A DNA stretch of 64,000 bases from an uncultured bacterium (lineage in GTDB: Bacteria; Babelota; Babeliae; Babelales; Vermiphilaceae): contig OY968764.1 in the NCBI GenBank assembly GCA_963695335.1, positions 128,001-192,000 of the forward strand, given 5' to 3'. This document shows, piece after piece, positions 1-9,582 of the stretch. Each line of letters starts with the position of its first letter. The stretch's first letter is position 1. Below the pieces are notes generated by a model. The model was not told the DNA's origin. It saw only the letters and a list, made by a program, of their open reading frames with translations, and did no database searches. The position numbers and the translations under genes are program-made.

Positions 1-636
1 GCCAAAAAAAAATCTTCCTTGCAACCACATTATGGCATATCTGTAATACCAGATAATTATTATGGCGCCGGAAATGCTCTGCCAAGAGAATATGCTGACA
101 CTTATGCTATTATCCCTATCGCTGTTGCTCATGCATTACAATCTAATGTGTTCAAGCGTATTTTAATTATTAATGAATTTTTGAACAATGATAATTATAA
201 TGATATAAAACACTATTATTCCAAAGGAAACGGGTCTCTTTTTTATCCCGATAAAAATAAAGATACCGAACTATTCAATCTTTTTAACGGTAAAATTATT
301 ACCTCCGATAAGATCAAACAAAATATAGATACGTTTCTTGAAACTGATGGTAAAAATATCGATCTTATATTCTATAATCTTGATATAGACGAAGATACTC
401 ATAATCCAAAAAAATATCTTTCTATTTTAAACAAATATATTCCTACCGTCTTTATACTTGCTGGCTGTCCTGGAGCAAAAGAATACGATCCTCAGCCGGC
501 TCAGGTCACAATTCAACAAATTTCCACCAAAGCCCTCAATCAATCAAAACTACCTTCTTGTTCATTTGATGTTCACTATTGGAGCCATACAGAAACTGAA
601 ATTGTAGAAAATCTAACAATTCAAGCAAAAAGCTAA
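1..636 (+). CDS. HDAC-fold (class IV-like) degenerate paralog 1, 5'-truncated by the window edge
   Basis: Frame is open from position 1. Shares YAIIPIA..ALQ..FKRILII.E...GNG.LFY and IDLIFYNLD with the next two ORFs; these align by eye to HDAC motifs lacking the catalytic residues. Confidence 0.6.
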   Translation, partial: AKKKSSLQPHYGISVIPDNYYGAGNALPREYADTYAIIPIAVAHALQSNVFKRILIINEFLNNDNYNDIKHYYSKGNGSLFYPDKNKDTELFNLFNGKIITSDKIKQNIDTFLETDGKNIDLIFYNLDIDEDTHNPKKYLSILNKYIPTVFILAGCPGAKEYDPQPAQVTIQQISTKALNQSKLPSCSFDVHYWSHTETEIVENLTIQAKS

Positions 637-645
637 GAGGATCCC

Positions 646-1788
646 ATGCAAAAAAAGATTTTGTGTATATGCACACTACTCATCTCATCTCTTTCTGCAA
701 TGGAAAAAGATTTCAAAATTCCTCTCGAACTGACACATCAATCACCTGAAATCACTCGTGTACATTCTCCAGAATATTTGCAATGGCTTGAAAAACAAGC
801 AAAGTACAAGAATTTTATTGAATGTACTCCAAAGTATGCTAGTTCATGGAAACAATTGAAGTCAGAATTACGATCAGTTCGTACCACCCTTAAAGCAACT
901 CGTGATATGGTAAAAGCAAAAGAATATGGAATTACATTACCTACTTTTGCCGTTTCCTTTGGCGACAGTAATTCATTTGCCGGAAACAGGCGCCTATTGA
1001 TAAATAATTTTCATAAGGGACGCTATGCTACCATTCCCATAGCTGCCGCATACGCCTTACAAACAAACTTATTCAAACGTATTTTAATTATTGATGAAAA
1101 TCTTAATGTTTTTAACAATGCAGATATTGATAAGTTAGAAGAGTATTACAGGTATGGTAATGGTGCCTTATTTTACTCGCCACATAATGAACAAACATCA
1201 TCTCTTTTTAAAGATAAAGTTGTGAATTACGACAAAGTAAATTATACAATGTTATGGAATTTTCTTAACAATGAAGGAAAAGATATAGATCTAGTATTTT
1301 ATAACATTGACCTCGACAATAATGATGATACAGATCAACGAAACCCAAACATATTTTCTCTTTTTCAAAAATGCATTCCTGTCGTATTTATTATCTCTGA
1401 CCACAAGTGGCATACAGAAGAACTCGATTACACACTGAGACACATCACACGAATAGCATCAAAACTAAAGCCTTTTTTTATTCCTGGATTACAACAAGAA
1501 TTGCATACATTAGTAGGCGGCGTATATAAACTTTATAATGATAATGGGGCGTCAGAAGAGATGTATCATAGCGATACAGAAAATGATGAACCAGAGCTTT
1601 ATAGATTATCAGAACCATATTGTTCAGAATCTGATGATAATGATTATGATGACGCATTATCCAATTTTCACCCATCAGAATCTGATGAGGAAGAAGATGA
1701 TGATAACAGTCTTGACAAGATCATAGCCAAGTATAAAAAAATTGCAGATGAGAAAGGTATTGTATGCAAAAACAAATTTTATATGTAA
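646..1788 (+). CDS. Secreted HDAC-fold degenerate paralog 2 with acidic C-terminal tail
   Basis: RBS GAGG; signal peptide ..LSA-MEK; RVHSPEYL, YATIPIAAAYALQ, KRILIIDE, GNG, DLVFYNIDLD; D/E-rich tail. Confidence 0.65.
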   Translation: MQKKILCICTLLISSLSAMEKDFKIPLELTHQSPEITRVHSPEYLQWLEKQAKYKNFIECTPKYASSWKQLKSELRSVRTTLKATRDMVKAKEYGITLPTFAVSFGDSNSFAGNRRLLINNFHKGRYATIPIAAAYALQTNLFKRILIIDENLNVFNNADIDKLEEYYRYGNGALFYSPHNEQTSSLFKDKVVNYDKVNYTMLWNFLNNEGKDIDLVFYNIDLDNNDDTDQRNPNIFSLFQKCIPVVFIISDHKWHTEELDYTLRHITRIASKLKPFFIPGLQQELHTLVGGVYKLYNDNGASEEMYHSDTENDEPELYRLSEPYCSESDDNDYDDALSNFHPSESDEEEDDDNSLDKIIAKYKKIADEKGIVCKNKFYM

Positions 1789-3152
1789 GCACTCTCTTGT
1801 GCACCATCACACTATGCGCAATGAGGCAAATCTCTCAACCCAAACCCATTCCCCATATTGTATATAACAGCAAAGACAAACTCCATGCCCTGGAAGCAAA
1901 ATTAACAGAAAAATTCAGTATCAACAGTAAATGCCCAAAAAATGAGATCGCACTCTCTCATAACTCCCCTCAAATTAGTCGCATACATTCAAATGATTAC
2001 TTAAACAACTTAGATCAAAACACCACCGCAACTCTTGCATCAATCGATAATACATTTGGGTCATGGTATCCCAATGCGTATAGTAGATCATATCTTCCAC
2101 CAATGCTTGATAATGTTCATACAACATTTGCAGCAACTGAATGCGTAGTTGCGGTAGAAAAAATGACAAACACTAAGCCAAACTATGCAATTTCATTAGC
2201 TGAAGGTTATTCATTTGCAGGGCACAATCAGGGCAGCAAAGGCCATGTATATGCTCCAATTCCAATAGCAGCGGCATATGCTTTGCAAGAGCACAATGAT
2301 ACTATTAAACGCATTCTTGTTATTGATGAAAGCATTACACCAAACACAGCAGAATATTATTTTAAAAGTGGTAATGGATCTATTTTTTTTCCAGAAAACA
2401 ACCCAGAACTTGCTGCGCTGTTTAATGATACAATTGTTACCAATAACCAAATTGCTGATGAACTATGGGATTTTCTGCATAAACCTGAAAATACAATCAA
2501 CCTCGCATTTTATAATATCAATATCGATGATGTTGAACCGATAGAAGGGATGCATCCTGCAGATGCAAAAGAACGAAATCTCAAAATTTGGTCACTTTTT
2601 TATCATTTCATTCCAACAGTCTTTATTTTTTCTGGGGATAAAAACAAACATGAAAAAGAAACCTATTCTACAATTAAATATATTGCCAATACCGCTCAAA
2701 AAATTGCATCTTTTAACAATTCGCGTGAAACGAGATATGCTTACACAGCAATCCCGCAAACAACACCTTCAGCATCTTCTACATCTTCTTCAAGTGAAGA
2801 CAATCTACATCAAAACAACAGTGCAAAACAGTGTGCTCAATCAATAGAAAAACTTCTCGCGTGTATGGCAAAATACCCCATACCTATCAATATAATAATA
2901 CATCGAACCAATAACATACTCAGTGAATCAACTGAATCAGAAACATCATCATTTTCATCATCGTCGTCATTATCATTAAGCGGTCTTGAGCAGAAACAGC
3001 ATAAACTTAAAAAAAGGCTTGGTCTTTCTTCTTCATCAATATCAACCAATGATTATGCAGCTGCAGAAACTTCCTCCACATATGATTATAGCAATGATGC
3101 ATTATCGTATGGGGATGAAGATAATGAGAAGTTTGAAAAAAAATATCAATAA
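1764..3152 (+). CDS. Secreted HDAC-fold degenerate paralog 3 with Ser-rich tail
   Basis: Signal peptide ..LCA-MRQ; RIHSNDYLNNL, YAISLAEGYSFA, VYAPIPIA, KRILVIDE, GNG, IPTVFIFSG. Confidence 0.65.
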   Translation: MQKQILYVSTLLCTITLCAMRQISQPKPIPHIVYNSKDKLHALEAKLTEKFSINSKCPKNEIALSHNSPQISRIHSNDYLNNLDQNTTATLASIDNTFGSWYPNAYSRSYLPPMLDNVHTTFAATECVVAVEKMTNTKPNYAISLAEGYSFAGHNQGSKGHVYAPIPIAAAYALQEHNDTIKRILVIDESITPNTAEYYFKSGNGSIFFPENNPELAALFNDTIVTNNQIADELWDFLHKPENTINLAFYNINIDDVEPIEGMHPADAKERNLKIWSLFYHFIPTVFIFSGDKNKHEKETYSTIKYIANTAQKIASFNNSRETRYAYTAIPQTTPSASSTSSSSEDNLHQNNSAKQCAQSIEKLLACMAKYPIPINIIIHRTNNILSESTESETSSFSSSSSLSLSGLEQKQHKLKKRLGLSSSSISTNDYAAAETSSTYDYSNDALSYGDEDNEKFEKKYQ

Positions 3153-3184
3153 AAAAAAGCTGCGCATTTTTTTGCGCAGCTTTA
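3153..3184. terminator. Bidirectional intrinsic terminator
   Basis: AAAGCTGCGCA/TGCGCAGCTTT stem with A/T tails between convergent genes. Confidence 0.75.
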
Positions 3185-3210
3185 TCTATTCTAATAATCT
3201 AGAATTTCAA

Positions 3211-3822
3211 TTAATGTCGTCCGTTAATATTATCGATAATAATTGAAGAAATAATATAATTACCGACCATATTTAATCCAAATGCAGTCCATGAATTTTG
3301 ATCTTCTACAAGACTTTTTACTGCAGGTGTAACAATAAATGTATTAATAGCATCACATCCAACTTGTACTGTGGCATCTTTACCAAATTTTTTAACATCC
3401 TTACAACTTATGTTATACATACCTTTTTTGGAATCAAGATGAATAGCTCTAACGATAGCTGAAGAAGTAATTAACTGAACATTTTCTGCTACAAAGTTTC
3501 TATTAAATCTTGAAATATCTTTGCTCCATTCATGAACAAATTCAGTATTATTCAATTTACTCATTCCCTGACCAACAAGAGTGTCTACAATAGGATAAAC
3601 AACATAATCAACACCATTTGCTCTGCCGAAAGGATCTTCTGCTCTATTTGATGAATAATAATGAGCGTGCCGCAAACCTCTTATTGCAGTTCTCATATCC
3701 AGACCATTAGCACTAAGAACGCCAAAAGTGACTGCCGCTTCTGCTGTTTTTCCAAAATCAGCAGCAACATTAACAGATAAACTTAACAGAGAAAAAATAG
3801 AAAGAACTATATATTTTTTCAT
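3211..3822 (-). CDS. Hypothetical exported protein
   Basis: Likely start MKKYIVLSIFSLLSLSVNVAA (signal peptide); no recognisable domain. Confidence 0.7.
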   Translation of the reverse strand: MKKYIVLSIFSLLSLSVNVAADFGKTAEAAVTFGVLSANGLDMRTAIRGLRHAHYYSSNRAEDPFGRANGVDYVVYPIVDTLVGQGMSKLNNTEFVHEWSKDISRFNRNFVAENVQLITSSAIVRAIHLDSKKGMYNISCKDVKKFGKDATVQVGCDAINTFIVTPAVKSLVEDQNSWTAFGLNMVGNYIISSIIIDNINGRH

Positions 3823-3962
3823 GAAACCCCTCATACATATGACACTATTTTATTTCAATTATAAGTTTACCACATAAACCTTAAACCGTAAAATAAGAAT
3901 GATAATAGCGATTGGATCGATATAGCACCAATTACTTAGATGACCCGATAATTAGTATTTTC

Positions 3963-4177
3963 GCGCTCGTCCTGAGTGTTTTTTTGTCCTCAAAAAAATG
4001 TATCGAAGGATGCGGATAAATAAGAATGTTACATTAAAAAATCTTTTTTATATTGCACCCTTCGATACATTTTACTTCGTTTCACTACGCAAAACACTCA
4101 GGGCGAGCGGGAGAGAGGTAAATCCTTTCTTCCGTTCATCCTGAGTGCTTTTTGTTTTCAAAAAATGTATCGAAGGA
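3963..4177. repeat. Cluster of three long-form family A palindromic repeats
   Basis: CGCTCGYCCTGAGTG-[inner hairpin]-TGTATCGAAGG at 3964-4010, inverted at 4053-4111, and 4132-4177 abutting the MCE stop codon. Confidence 0.85.
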
Positions 4178-5884
4178 TTACGTTTTAACCAATCCACCAG
4201 CACCAGAAATGCTGCCAAGAACATATTTCACATCATCATCGCCAAATCGTAAACCAATACCCACAAACGCGTTAGCATTCTGCTTACTCACAAAGTCATC
4301 GGCACCAAACGTGAAGTAAATATTACGCATCAAGAACATTCTGTTTAACCATTTTAAATGTGGACGTTTATCTTGGTGGAATTTGTTTGGTCCTCGACGG
4401 TTAAAGCCACGGAAGTCAAAACCTTCAAACGTTGTTACCCAACGGAATTTATCAGTTTTAAACGGGAATTCATAATCAGCTCCCATTCCCGCAAAGCCAT
4501 CAATCATACCAACACGTAACGCCATATCGCCAAATATTTTACCAAATTGTAACCCAAGGCGTATTCCATTGCGTTCAAAACGTAACTCTTCTTGTCTATA
4601 GTTTGCTTTTAACTGATCATCAAATGGTAGGTTGTTTGAATAAAAAGAATTGGAAAATAGTATTGGTCGATCAATTTCTGTAATTGGTTGTGTTGGACCC
4701 ACTGCTACAGGATCATTCAGTTGTGCTGGATTAATATGTTCAAGCTCATCATTGGTGTAAGTAAGCTGTCTATCGGTACGGTATGCAAAACCTTTTTCAG
4801 AACTCGCTATTTGCACCACATAAAAATGTTCTTCATTGGGATGAATTCGTATATCAAAGTACCCTTTTGAATCTTCGTAACGATAGTTTTCCGCTGGGCG
4901 GTGCATGGTTTCAAAGTGAGTGTCGAATGTGATTTGCATGCGATCAAGTTTACTTACATAATTTTTGAATCCTGAAACTGCAACTTTAATATCGCGATAT
5001 GTTTCATCTTCATTAACCAATTTGCCAAGTAAACCTTTTCCTTCATCAATTTTTTCTGCAACTGAACTGACACTGCGTAACCCATCACGTGCTTGTGCTG
5101 CAGCATCTTCGAGCGCACTTGTTGTTGTTTCAACATGCGCTGCTATGCGTCCAAAATCACGGTCAAACACCGTTGCAATTTTTTCTATACTTTCTTGGAA
5201 TGAAGGGAACAGTTTATTTTCTAATCTATCGGATAACATGCGCACATTCGTGCCGATTTCTAAGAATGCATCAATATTATCTTCATTACGCGCAAATGAT
5301 TTCTCAATGATATTGGTTACACTTGAAAATTTTTCTGCAGCATTTTCCATGTTGCTTACAAATGATTTAATCTGATCCATTCCCTGCGGCCCACCTAAAG
5401 CATCTTTAAATGATTCACTCACTTCACGAACATTATGAGCAATCACTTTTACTTCACGGAATATATCATCAAGATCAACAGGTTCTGTACCAGATTTTTG
5501 TAACGATTCTCCTTCATGTAACGATCGTAACAGTTGATCACCAGGAAGAAGATCTATATATTTTGGCCCCAAAAGACCATCTTGACGGACAAGTGCATAG
5601 GCGTTTTGATATAAAGGATACTCAGACGAAACCATTATTTCAGCTTCAGCTTGCGTTTGAGGACCTTCAAGAAGTTTAATGCTTTCTACCCACCCTACTT
5701 TTACACCAGCAATTTTTACCGCTGCTTTGCGTGATAGTCCAGAAATATCACGGAAATACAACATGTATTTTGTATATTTTGAACGATCAAAACGGAATGC
5801 TCCAATTTTAAAACCCATGTACCCAAAAATGGCAAGTGCTATTAAAACAAAGATTCCAACGCGCGTCTCTATTTTAGCTTGCAA
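4178..5884 (-). CDS. mlaD: MCE/MlaD-family protein with long helical region and beta-rich C-terminal domain
   Basis: ETRVGIFVL TM, ISGLSRKAAVKIAGVKVGWV, GLLGPKYIDLLPG are typical MCE motifs. Confidence 0.85.
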   Translation of the reverse strand: MQAKIETRVGIFVLIALAIFGYMGFKIGAFRFDRSKYTKYMLYFRDISGLSRKAAVKIAGVKVGWVESIKLLEGPQTQAEAEIMVSSEYPLYQNAYALVRQDGLLGPKYIDLLPGDQLLRSLHEGESLQKSGTEPVDLDDIFREVKVIAHNVREVSESFKDALGGPQGMDQIKSFVSNMENAAEKFSSVTNIIEKSFARNEDNIDAFLEIGTNVRMLSDRLENKLFPSFQESIEKIATVFDRDFGRIAAHVETTTSALEDAAAQARDGLRSVSSVAEKIDEGKGLLGKLVNEDETYRDIKVAVSGFKNYVSKLDRMQITFDTHFETMHRPAENYRYEDSKGYFDIRIHPNEEHFYVVQIASSEKGFAYRTDRQLTYTNDELEHINPAQLNDPVAVGPTQPITEIDRPILFSNSFYSNNLPFDDQLKANYRQEELRFERNGIRLGLQFGKIFGDMALRVGMIDGFAGMGADYEFPFKTDKFRWVTTFEGFDFRGFNRRGPNKFHQDKRPHLKWLNRMFLMRNIYFTFGADDFVSKQNANAFVGIGLRFGDDDVKYVLGSISGAGGLVKT

Positions 5885-5905
5885 ACTGATTCCTTTTTTA
5901 CCCTA

Positions 5906-7021
5906 TCACAACCAATATAATTTTTTTATCGCAACGTCATACGTAGTTGTATCTCTCTGCGATTTTTTATTTCTTTCTAAAATTGCAAACACACATTGTG
6001 TTACATCACCAACTTTACCATGTACAAGAACAGAAAAATAACATGGCTCAAATTTGGTGCTCAGCATTGAGTCTATATGTTTAGGCAAAGTCCGCAACTC
6101 TTTCCCATACACTGGCATCAATATTGTTTTCCAATCTTGTTGCCAATTGGTTTGCTCTTTAAAATTTTTTACCCATGATGCTGATTGCTCTTTTCTTTGT
6201 TTTATATCATCAACTTCTACTCGTGGCAATCCCAACACACCATTTATTGAATCCGAAAAGAGCCATGGTTCAAGTTTATCGGAACTAGACCATACTGTAA
6301 AAATATCTGTTAAATAAACAGTATCCTGTTTTTTTTGTGTTGGAGGTTGATAGAAAAGTGTATCTTTAAATTGACTGAATTCTTTATGCGTAATTAACTC
6401 TGTTGCATCATTGAATGGAAACTTTAAATCTTTAACTATTTTTTCTAATGCTGGAAACAGATCAGATGCTTTGGTCGATTTTTCAATTGATTTGCATACT
6501 TCTTGCATGATTGCTTTCCAACCACTTTGATCAGTACCCAAAAACACACCTTTATTAAAATCAATAATCTGATTGAGATTAATTTTACCTTCTTCACACA
6601 TGAGGCACACTTCTATCTGACCATCAACACCATCAATTGTTTCTTTTAAATCAAACTGTTGCCAACGATTTAATGTTGGCAGAATACGTTGTAATAAATC
6701 CTGCTCATCAGAAACAGTTTGCTTATTTTTTTCACTGTCCGCCGTCTTGTCCTCCGTAGCCTTGGCAGAGGAGGAAGCTTTAGCGGAGGAGGATGATAAC
6801 TGGGCAATTGCAACTTGAACACCACCAAGCGCTAACATCTTTGCTTTTTCTCGTGCAGTGATCATGTATGAAAATGGTAAATAAAAAGAACCGCGATGAC
6901 CCACATACGTAACAATCATCATTGCTGCGCCAACCACCAGCAATGTGAAAATCATAATATATCCCGCCGTCGCTGAAGCTATGGCGGGCTGCGCCTGTCT
7001 TGGGTTTATTTTAATTTTCAT
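5906..7021 (-). CDS. gspK: T2SS minor pseudopilin GspK-like
   Basis: G-YIMIFTLLVV leader, AKMLALGGVQVAIAQL, CEEGKINLN motif; last pilin gene of the operon. Confidence 0.75.
   Translation of the reverse strand: MKIKINPRQAQPAIASATAGYIMIFTLLVVGAAMMIVTYVGHRGSFYLPFSYMITAREKAKMLALGGVQVAIAQLSSSSAKASSSAKATEDKTADSEKNKQTVSDEQDLLQRILPTLNRWQQFDLKETIDGVDGQIEVCLMCEEGKINLNQIIDFNKGVFLGTDQSGWKAIMQEVCKSIEKSTKASDLFPALEKIVKDLKFPFNDATELITHKEFSQFKDTLFYQPPTQKKQDTVYLTDIFTVWSSSDKLEPWLFSDSINGVLGLPRVEVDDIKQRKEQSASWVKNFKEQTNWQQDWKTILMPVYGKELRTLPKHIDSMLSTKFEPCYFSVLVHGKVGDVTQCVFAILERNKKSQRDTTTYDVAIKKLYWL
6737..6794 (-). repeat. Nested pair of family B palindromes in-frame in gspK
   Basis: Minus strand CCTCCTCCGCTAAAGCT[TCCTCCTCTGCCAAGGCTACGGAGGACAAG]ACGGCGGAC encodes SSSAKASSSAKATEDKTAD. 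Confidence 0.75.
6963..6988. repeat. Family B palindrome in the gspK leader
   Basis: CCCGCCGTCGCTGAAGCTATGGCGGG; similar copy at 20100-20125. Confidence 0.7.
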
Positions 7022-7024
7022 AAC

Positions 7025-8062
7025 CTACACTCGCATACCAAATCTTCTCTGCACTTCATTGATTGTATTTTCATTCTTTTCAGCTTGATAGAGAACTCTC
7101 CCTCTTTGATCAACAACTCTAATTATTTCTTTGGTATTAGAAGCAACTTTAGGAGCAAAAGGAACCTGATCCGCTGATTGCCCTGCTTCTTTATTTTCAT
7201 CTTGTTTTGGTTGCTCGGGTTCTTTTTTATCCTGTTTTTTAACTTTAACCGGAGAAAAATCAGTAGGAATTTCACACACGATTGTAAACTCTTTGTTTTT
7301 CTTCTCTTGCAAATCCCACAGCGTTAACTTCATTTCTACGCTATACGGAATACGCGGAAATTCTGATTTTTCCTTACCCTCTTCTTTTTTCTGCTCACTC
7401 ACCCATTCGTTTTGGGTTTTATACTCATACTCTTTTTTAGCTTTTTCAGCATTTTCAGATTTTTCATCTTTCTTTTTTTCAAGACGGGCAGTAAATGTAA
7501 CCGTACATTTTTTAATACCACCAATCACTTCATACGGCGTAACATTCTTATATTTTTCTAAATCAAGTTCCATGCTTTCTTGTCTGAACAGTGCGTATGA
7601 ATCTTTTTTATGCTCTTCTGGTTTGAGTGTATATTGCACCCGAACAACTTTTGGTTTTGCCACTCCAACATCTTTACCAACGTATACAACCAAAGGATTA
7701 TTGGTAATAAATGTAAGTGTATCTAATTGTCCATTTTTATTGGTGCTATAAAAAATTTTTTCTATAACCTTTGGTTTCTCTTTTGCGGGAACTTTCACGT
7801 CTTTAGACGTGTCCTCCGAAGCCTTAGCGAAGGAGGATGCTTCCTGTTTTTTTTCTTCAGCCTGCTTTGGAACAAAGCAACCAATCAAATCTTTCTCTAA
7901 CTGATTTGCAACCACCCCAACGCGAACTGAAAGATCAATAACATTATCAACTGATGTTTGAACGCGCGCACTTTGAAACAACATAGCAAACAAAACTCCT
8001 GCAATCAGTGATGCTATCAATGTTGCGATAATAAGTTCAATTAACATAAATCCTTGTTTCAT
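7025..8062 (-). CDS. gspJ: T2SS minor pseudopilin GspJ-like
   Basis: MKQG-FMLIELIIA prepilin motif, QLEKDL, VRVQYTL. Confidence 0.75.
   Translation of the reverse strand: MKQGFMLIELIIATLIASLIAGVLFAMLFQSARVQTSVDNVIDLSVRVGVVANQLEKDLIGCFVPKQAEEKKQEASSFAKASEDTSKDVKVPAKEKPKVIEKIFYSTNKNGQLDTLTFITNNPLVVYVGKDVGVAKPKVVRVQYTLKPEEHKKDSYALFRQESMELDLEKYKNVTPYEVIGGIKKCTVTFTARLEKKKDEKSENAEKAKKEYEYKTQNEWVSEQKKEEGKEKSEFPRIPYSVEMKLTLWDLQEKKNKEFTIVCEIPTDFSPVKVKKQDKKEPEQPKQDENKEAGQSADQVPFAPKVASNTKEIIRVVDQRGRVLYQAEKNENTINEVQRRFGMRV
7811..7838. repeat. Family B palindrome in-frame in gspJ
   Basis: GTCCTCCGAAGCCTTAGCGAAGGAGGAT encodes SSFAKASED on the minus strand. Confidence 0.75.
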
Positions 8063-8478
8063 TATTTTTTCTGCTCAGGTTGTTTATAAACAAATGTTAT
8101 TAATTGTTCATGTTTTTTTCTTTCTTGTTCTGTCCAAGAAATTTTTACTGATTCTCTATGCAATCCCTGCACTGATGCTAAAGATGATTTTGCATCTACA
8201 CCTTTTTCAAGAGAATAAGAAAGCGCAGGGCCAAAATCAACGGCTGGTTTATCAAGTGAAAATGTTTGTGCATCAGGATCCTGTTTTTGACGCGCTTCAT
8301 ACAATACGTTTTTGCCCAATAAAACATAACTAAATTCTTGAGCATATCGATTAACACGCTGAATCACCGTGCTCAATATAATAAGCATAGGTGTAAAAAC
8401 TAATGCGGCAATTGCCATTGCCAGCATTGTTTCAATTAACGTAAAGCCGCTACTGTTATGGTTTTTGAAATGTATCAT
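8062..8478 (-). CDS. gspI: T2SS minor pseudopilin GspI-like
   Basis: SG-FTLIETMLAMAI prepilin motif, 138 aa, operon position. Confidence 0.7.
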   Translation of the reverse strand: MIHFKNHNSSGFTLIETMLAMAIAALVFTPMLIILSTVIQRVNRYAQEFSYVLLGKNVLYEARQKQDPDAQTFSLDKPAVDFGPALSYSLEKGVDAKSSLASVQGLHRESVKISWTEQERKKHEQLITFVYKQPEQKK

Positions 8479-9106
8479 ATGTTTTAAAAAGCGCAGTAAA
8501 AGGATTAAGCACTAATGAAAATTGCCGTGGTTGATCATCATGTAAATCTTGTGTATCCACACCATTAATCACCACATTTTGCACCATTCCTTCAGGAACA
8601 ATATAAAACCATGTTGTTGCTGTTTTGCTGCGTGCAAATTTTGTCATCATATCAAAACCTTCAATAAAAAATTGTTTGATCTGAATTTGAGGAGGAATAG
8701 TTATTTCTGTATCTTGCACTGCATGCTCAATCGGTTTAAAAATAATTTCTCCTGAACGGTCTTTTTCACCAGAATCAATAGCCAACGAAATTAATTTTTT
8801 GCCAATATCAACGGTGATGCGTTGTGTTTTATGTGTTACTAATGATTGCTGCCAACCATATTGCACCAAAGTGTTAAACCGCGCTATAAACGCTTCTCGT
8901 TCATAGCGCGGTGTTTTGCGACTAATATTGGGCATAATGACTGCACTGAGCACACCAATTATTGCAATCACTATCATCAGTTCTAAAAGAGAGAATCCAC
9001 TATTAGACATCCGTTCATTTACCCCATCTCCGTTACTCTTCAATGGGGACCCCAATTGAAACGACGTAGAAATTGGGGAACAAAAGCCATGATAATTCTT
9101 ATTCAA
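8456..9106 (-). CDS. gspH: T2SS minor pseudopilin GspH-like (start TTG 9106 or ATG 9010)
   Basis: SG-FSLLELMIVIAIIG motif. The track start at 9211 overlaps gspG and is unlikely; TTG at 9106 has AAGGA upstream. Confidence 0.7.
   Translation of the reverse strand: MNKNYHGFCSPISTSFQLGSPLKSNGDGVNERMSNSGFSLLELMIVIAIIGVLSAVIMPNISRKTPRYEREAFIARFNTLVQYGWQQSLVTHKTQRITVDIGKKLISLAIDSGEKDRSGEIIFKPIEHAVQDTEITIPPQIQIKQFFIEGFDMMTKFARSKTATTWFYIVPEGMVQNVVINGVDTQDLHDDQPRQFSLVLNPFTALFKTYDTFQKP
9022..9078 (-). repeat. 57-nt family C double-hairpin repeat
   Basis: Minus strand CCCCAAT..ATTGGGG-T-CCCCAT..ATGGGG; same-length copy at 38359-38415. Confidence 0.8.
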
Positions 9107-9110
9107 CGTG

Positions 9111-9560
9111 CTATTCCTTTTTCGCTTCCTCCCACACGTTAATCCATTCATCTTTTGGAGCACCCTGGCCATTAGGACCCCATGAATAGAGTTCGTATGG
9201 ATGTTTAGCACCTTGTGTTACTTTATACTTAAAATCGTTACCCCAAGGATCGGTAGGAACTTCTTCTTTTTCTATGTATGGTTCTTCCCAACCAGTAATA
9301 TTTGCTGGTTTTTTAATGAGATCTTTTAATTTTCCTGGTAATTGATGCGTATCACGTTGATATTCAGCAATTGCATTTTTTAAACCATTTAACGATATTT
9401 TTGCAGTTCTTCTTTGTGCTTTTTTATACGCGCTATTAACCGCGGGCACAACAAGCCCCATTAATAAACCAATAATTGCGATAGCAATCATTATTTCTAC
9501 CAATGTAAATCCTGCACGTGCAGAACGTGCATGTTGATCTTTATACGTCATAGTTATCAT
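9111..9560 (-). CDS. gspG: T2SS major pseudopilin GspG
   Basis: AG-FTLVEIMIAIAIIGLL, PYIEKEEVPTDPWGNDFKY, YELYSWGPNG; RBS AGGAG before ATG 9560. Confidence 0.9.
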   Translation of the reverse strand: MITMTYKDQHARSARAGFTLVEIMIAIAIIGLLMGLVVPAVNSAYKKAQRRTAKISLNGLKNAIAEYQRDTHQLPGKLKDLIKKPANITGWEEPYIEKEEVPTDPWGNDFKYKVTQGAKHPYELYSWGPNGQGAPKDEWINVWEEAKKE

Positions 9561-9582
9561 AAAAACTCCTTTGTAATAAAAA

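Noticed and set aside
3963..4177. Possible CRISPR array
   Set aside because: Units alternate orientation, vary internally and are dispersed across the window; no cas genes.
9107..9211. Upstream extension of the gspH ORF
   Set aside because: Overlaps the gspG 3' end in another frame.
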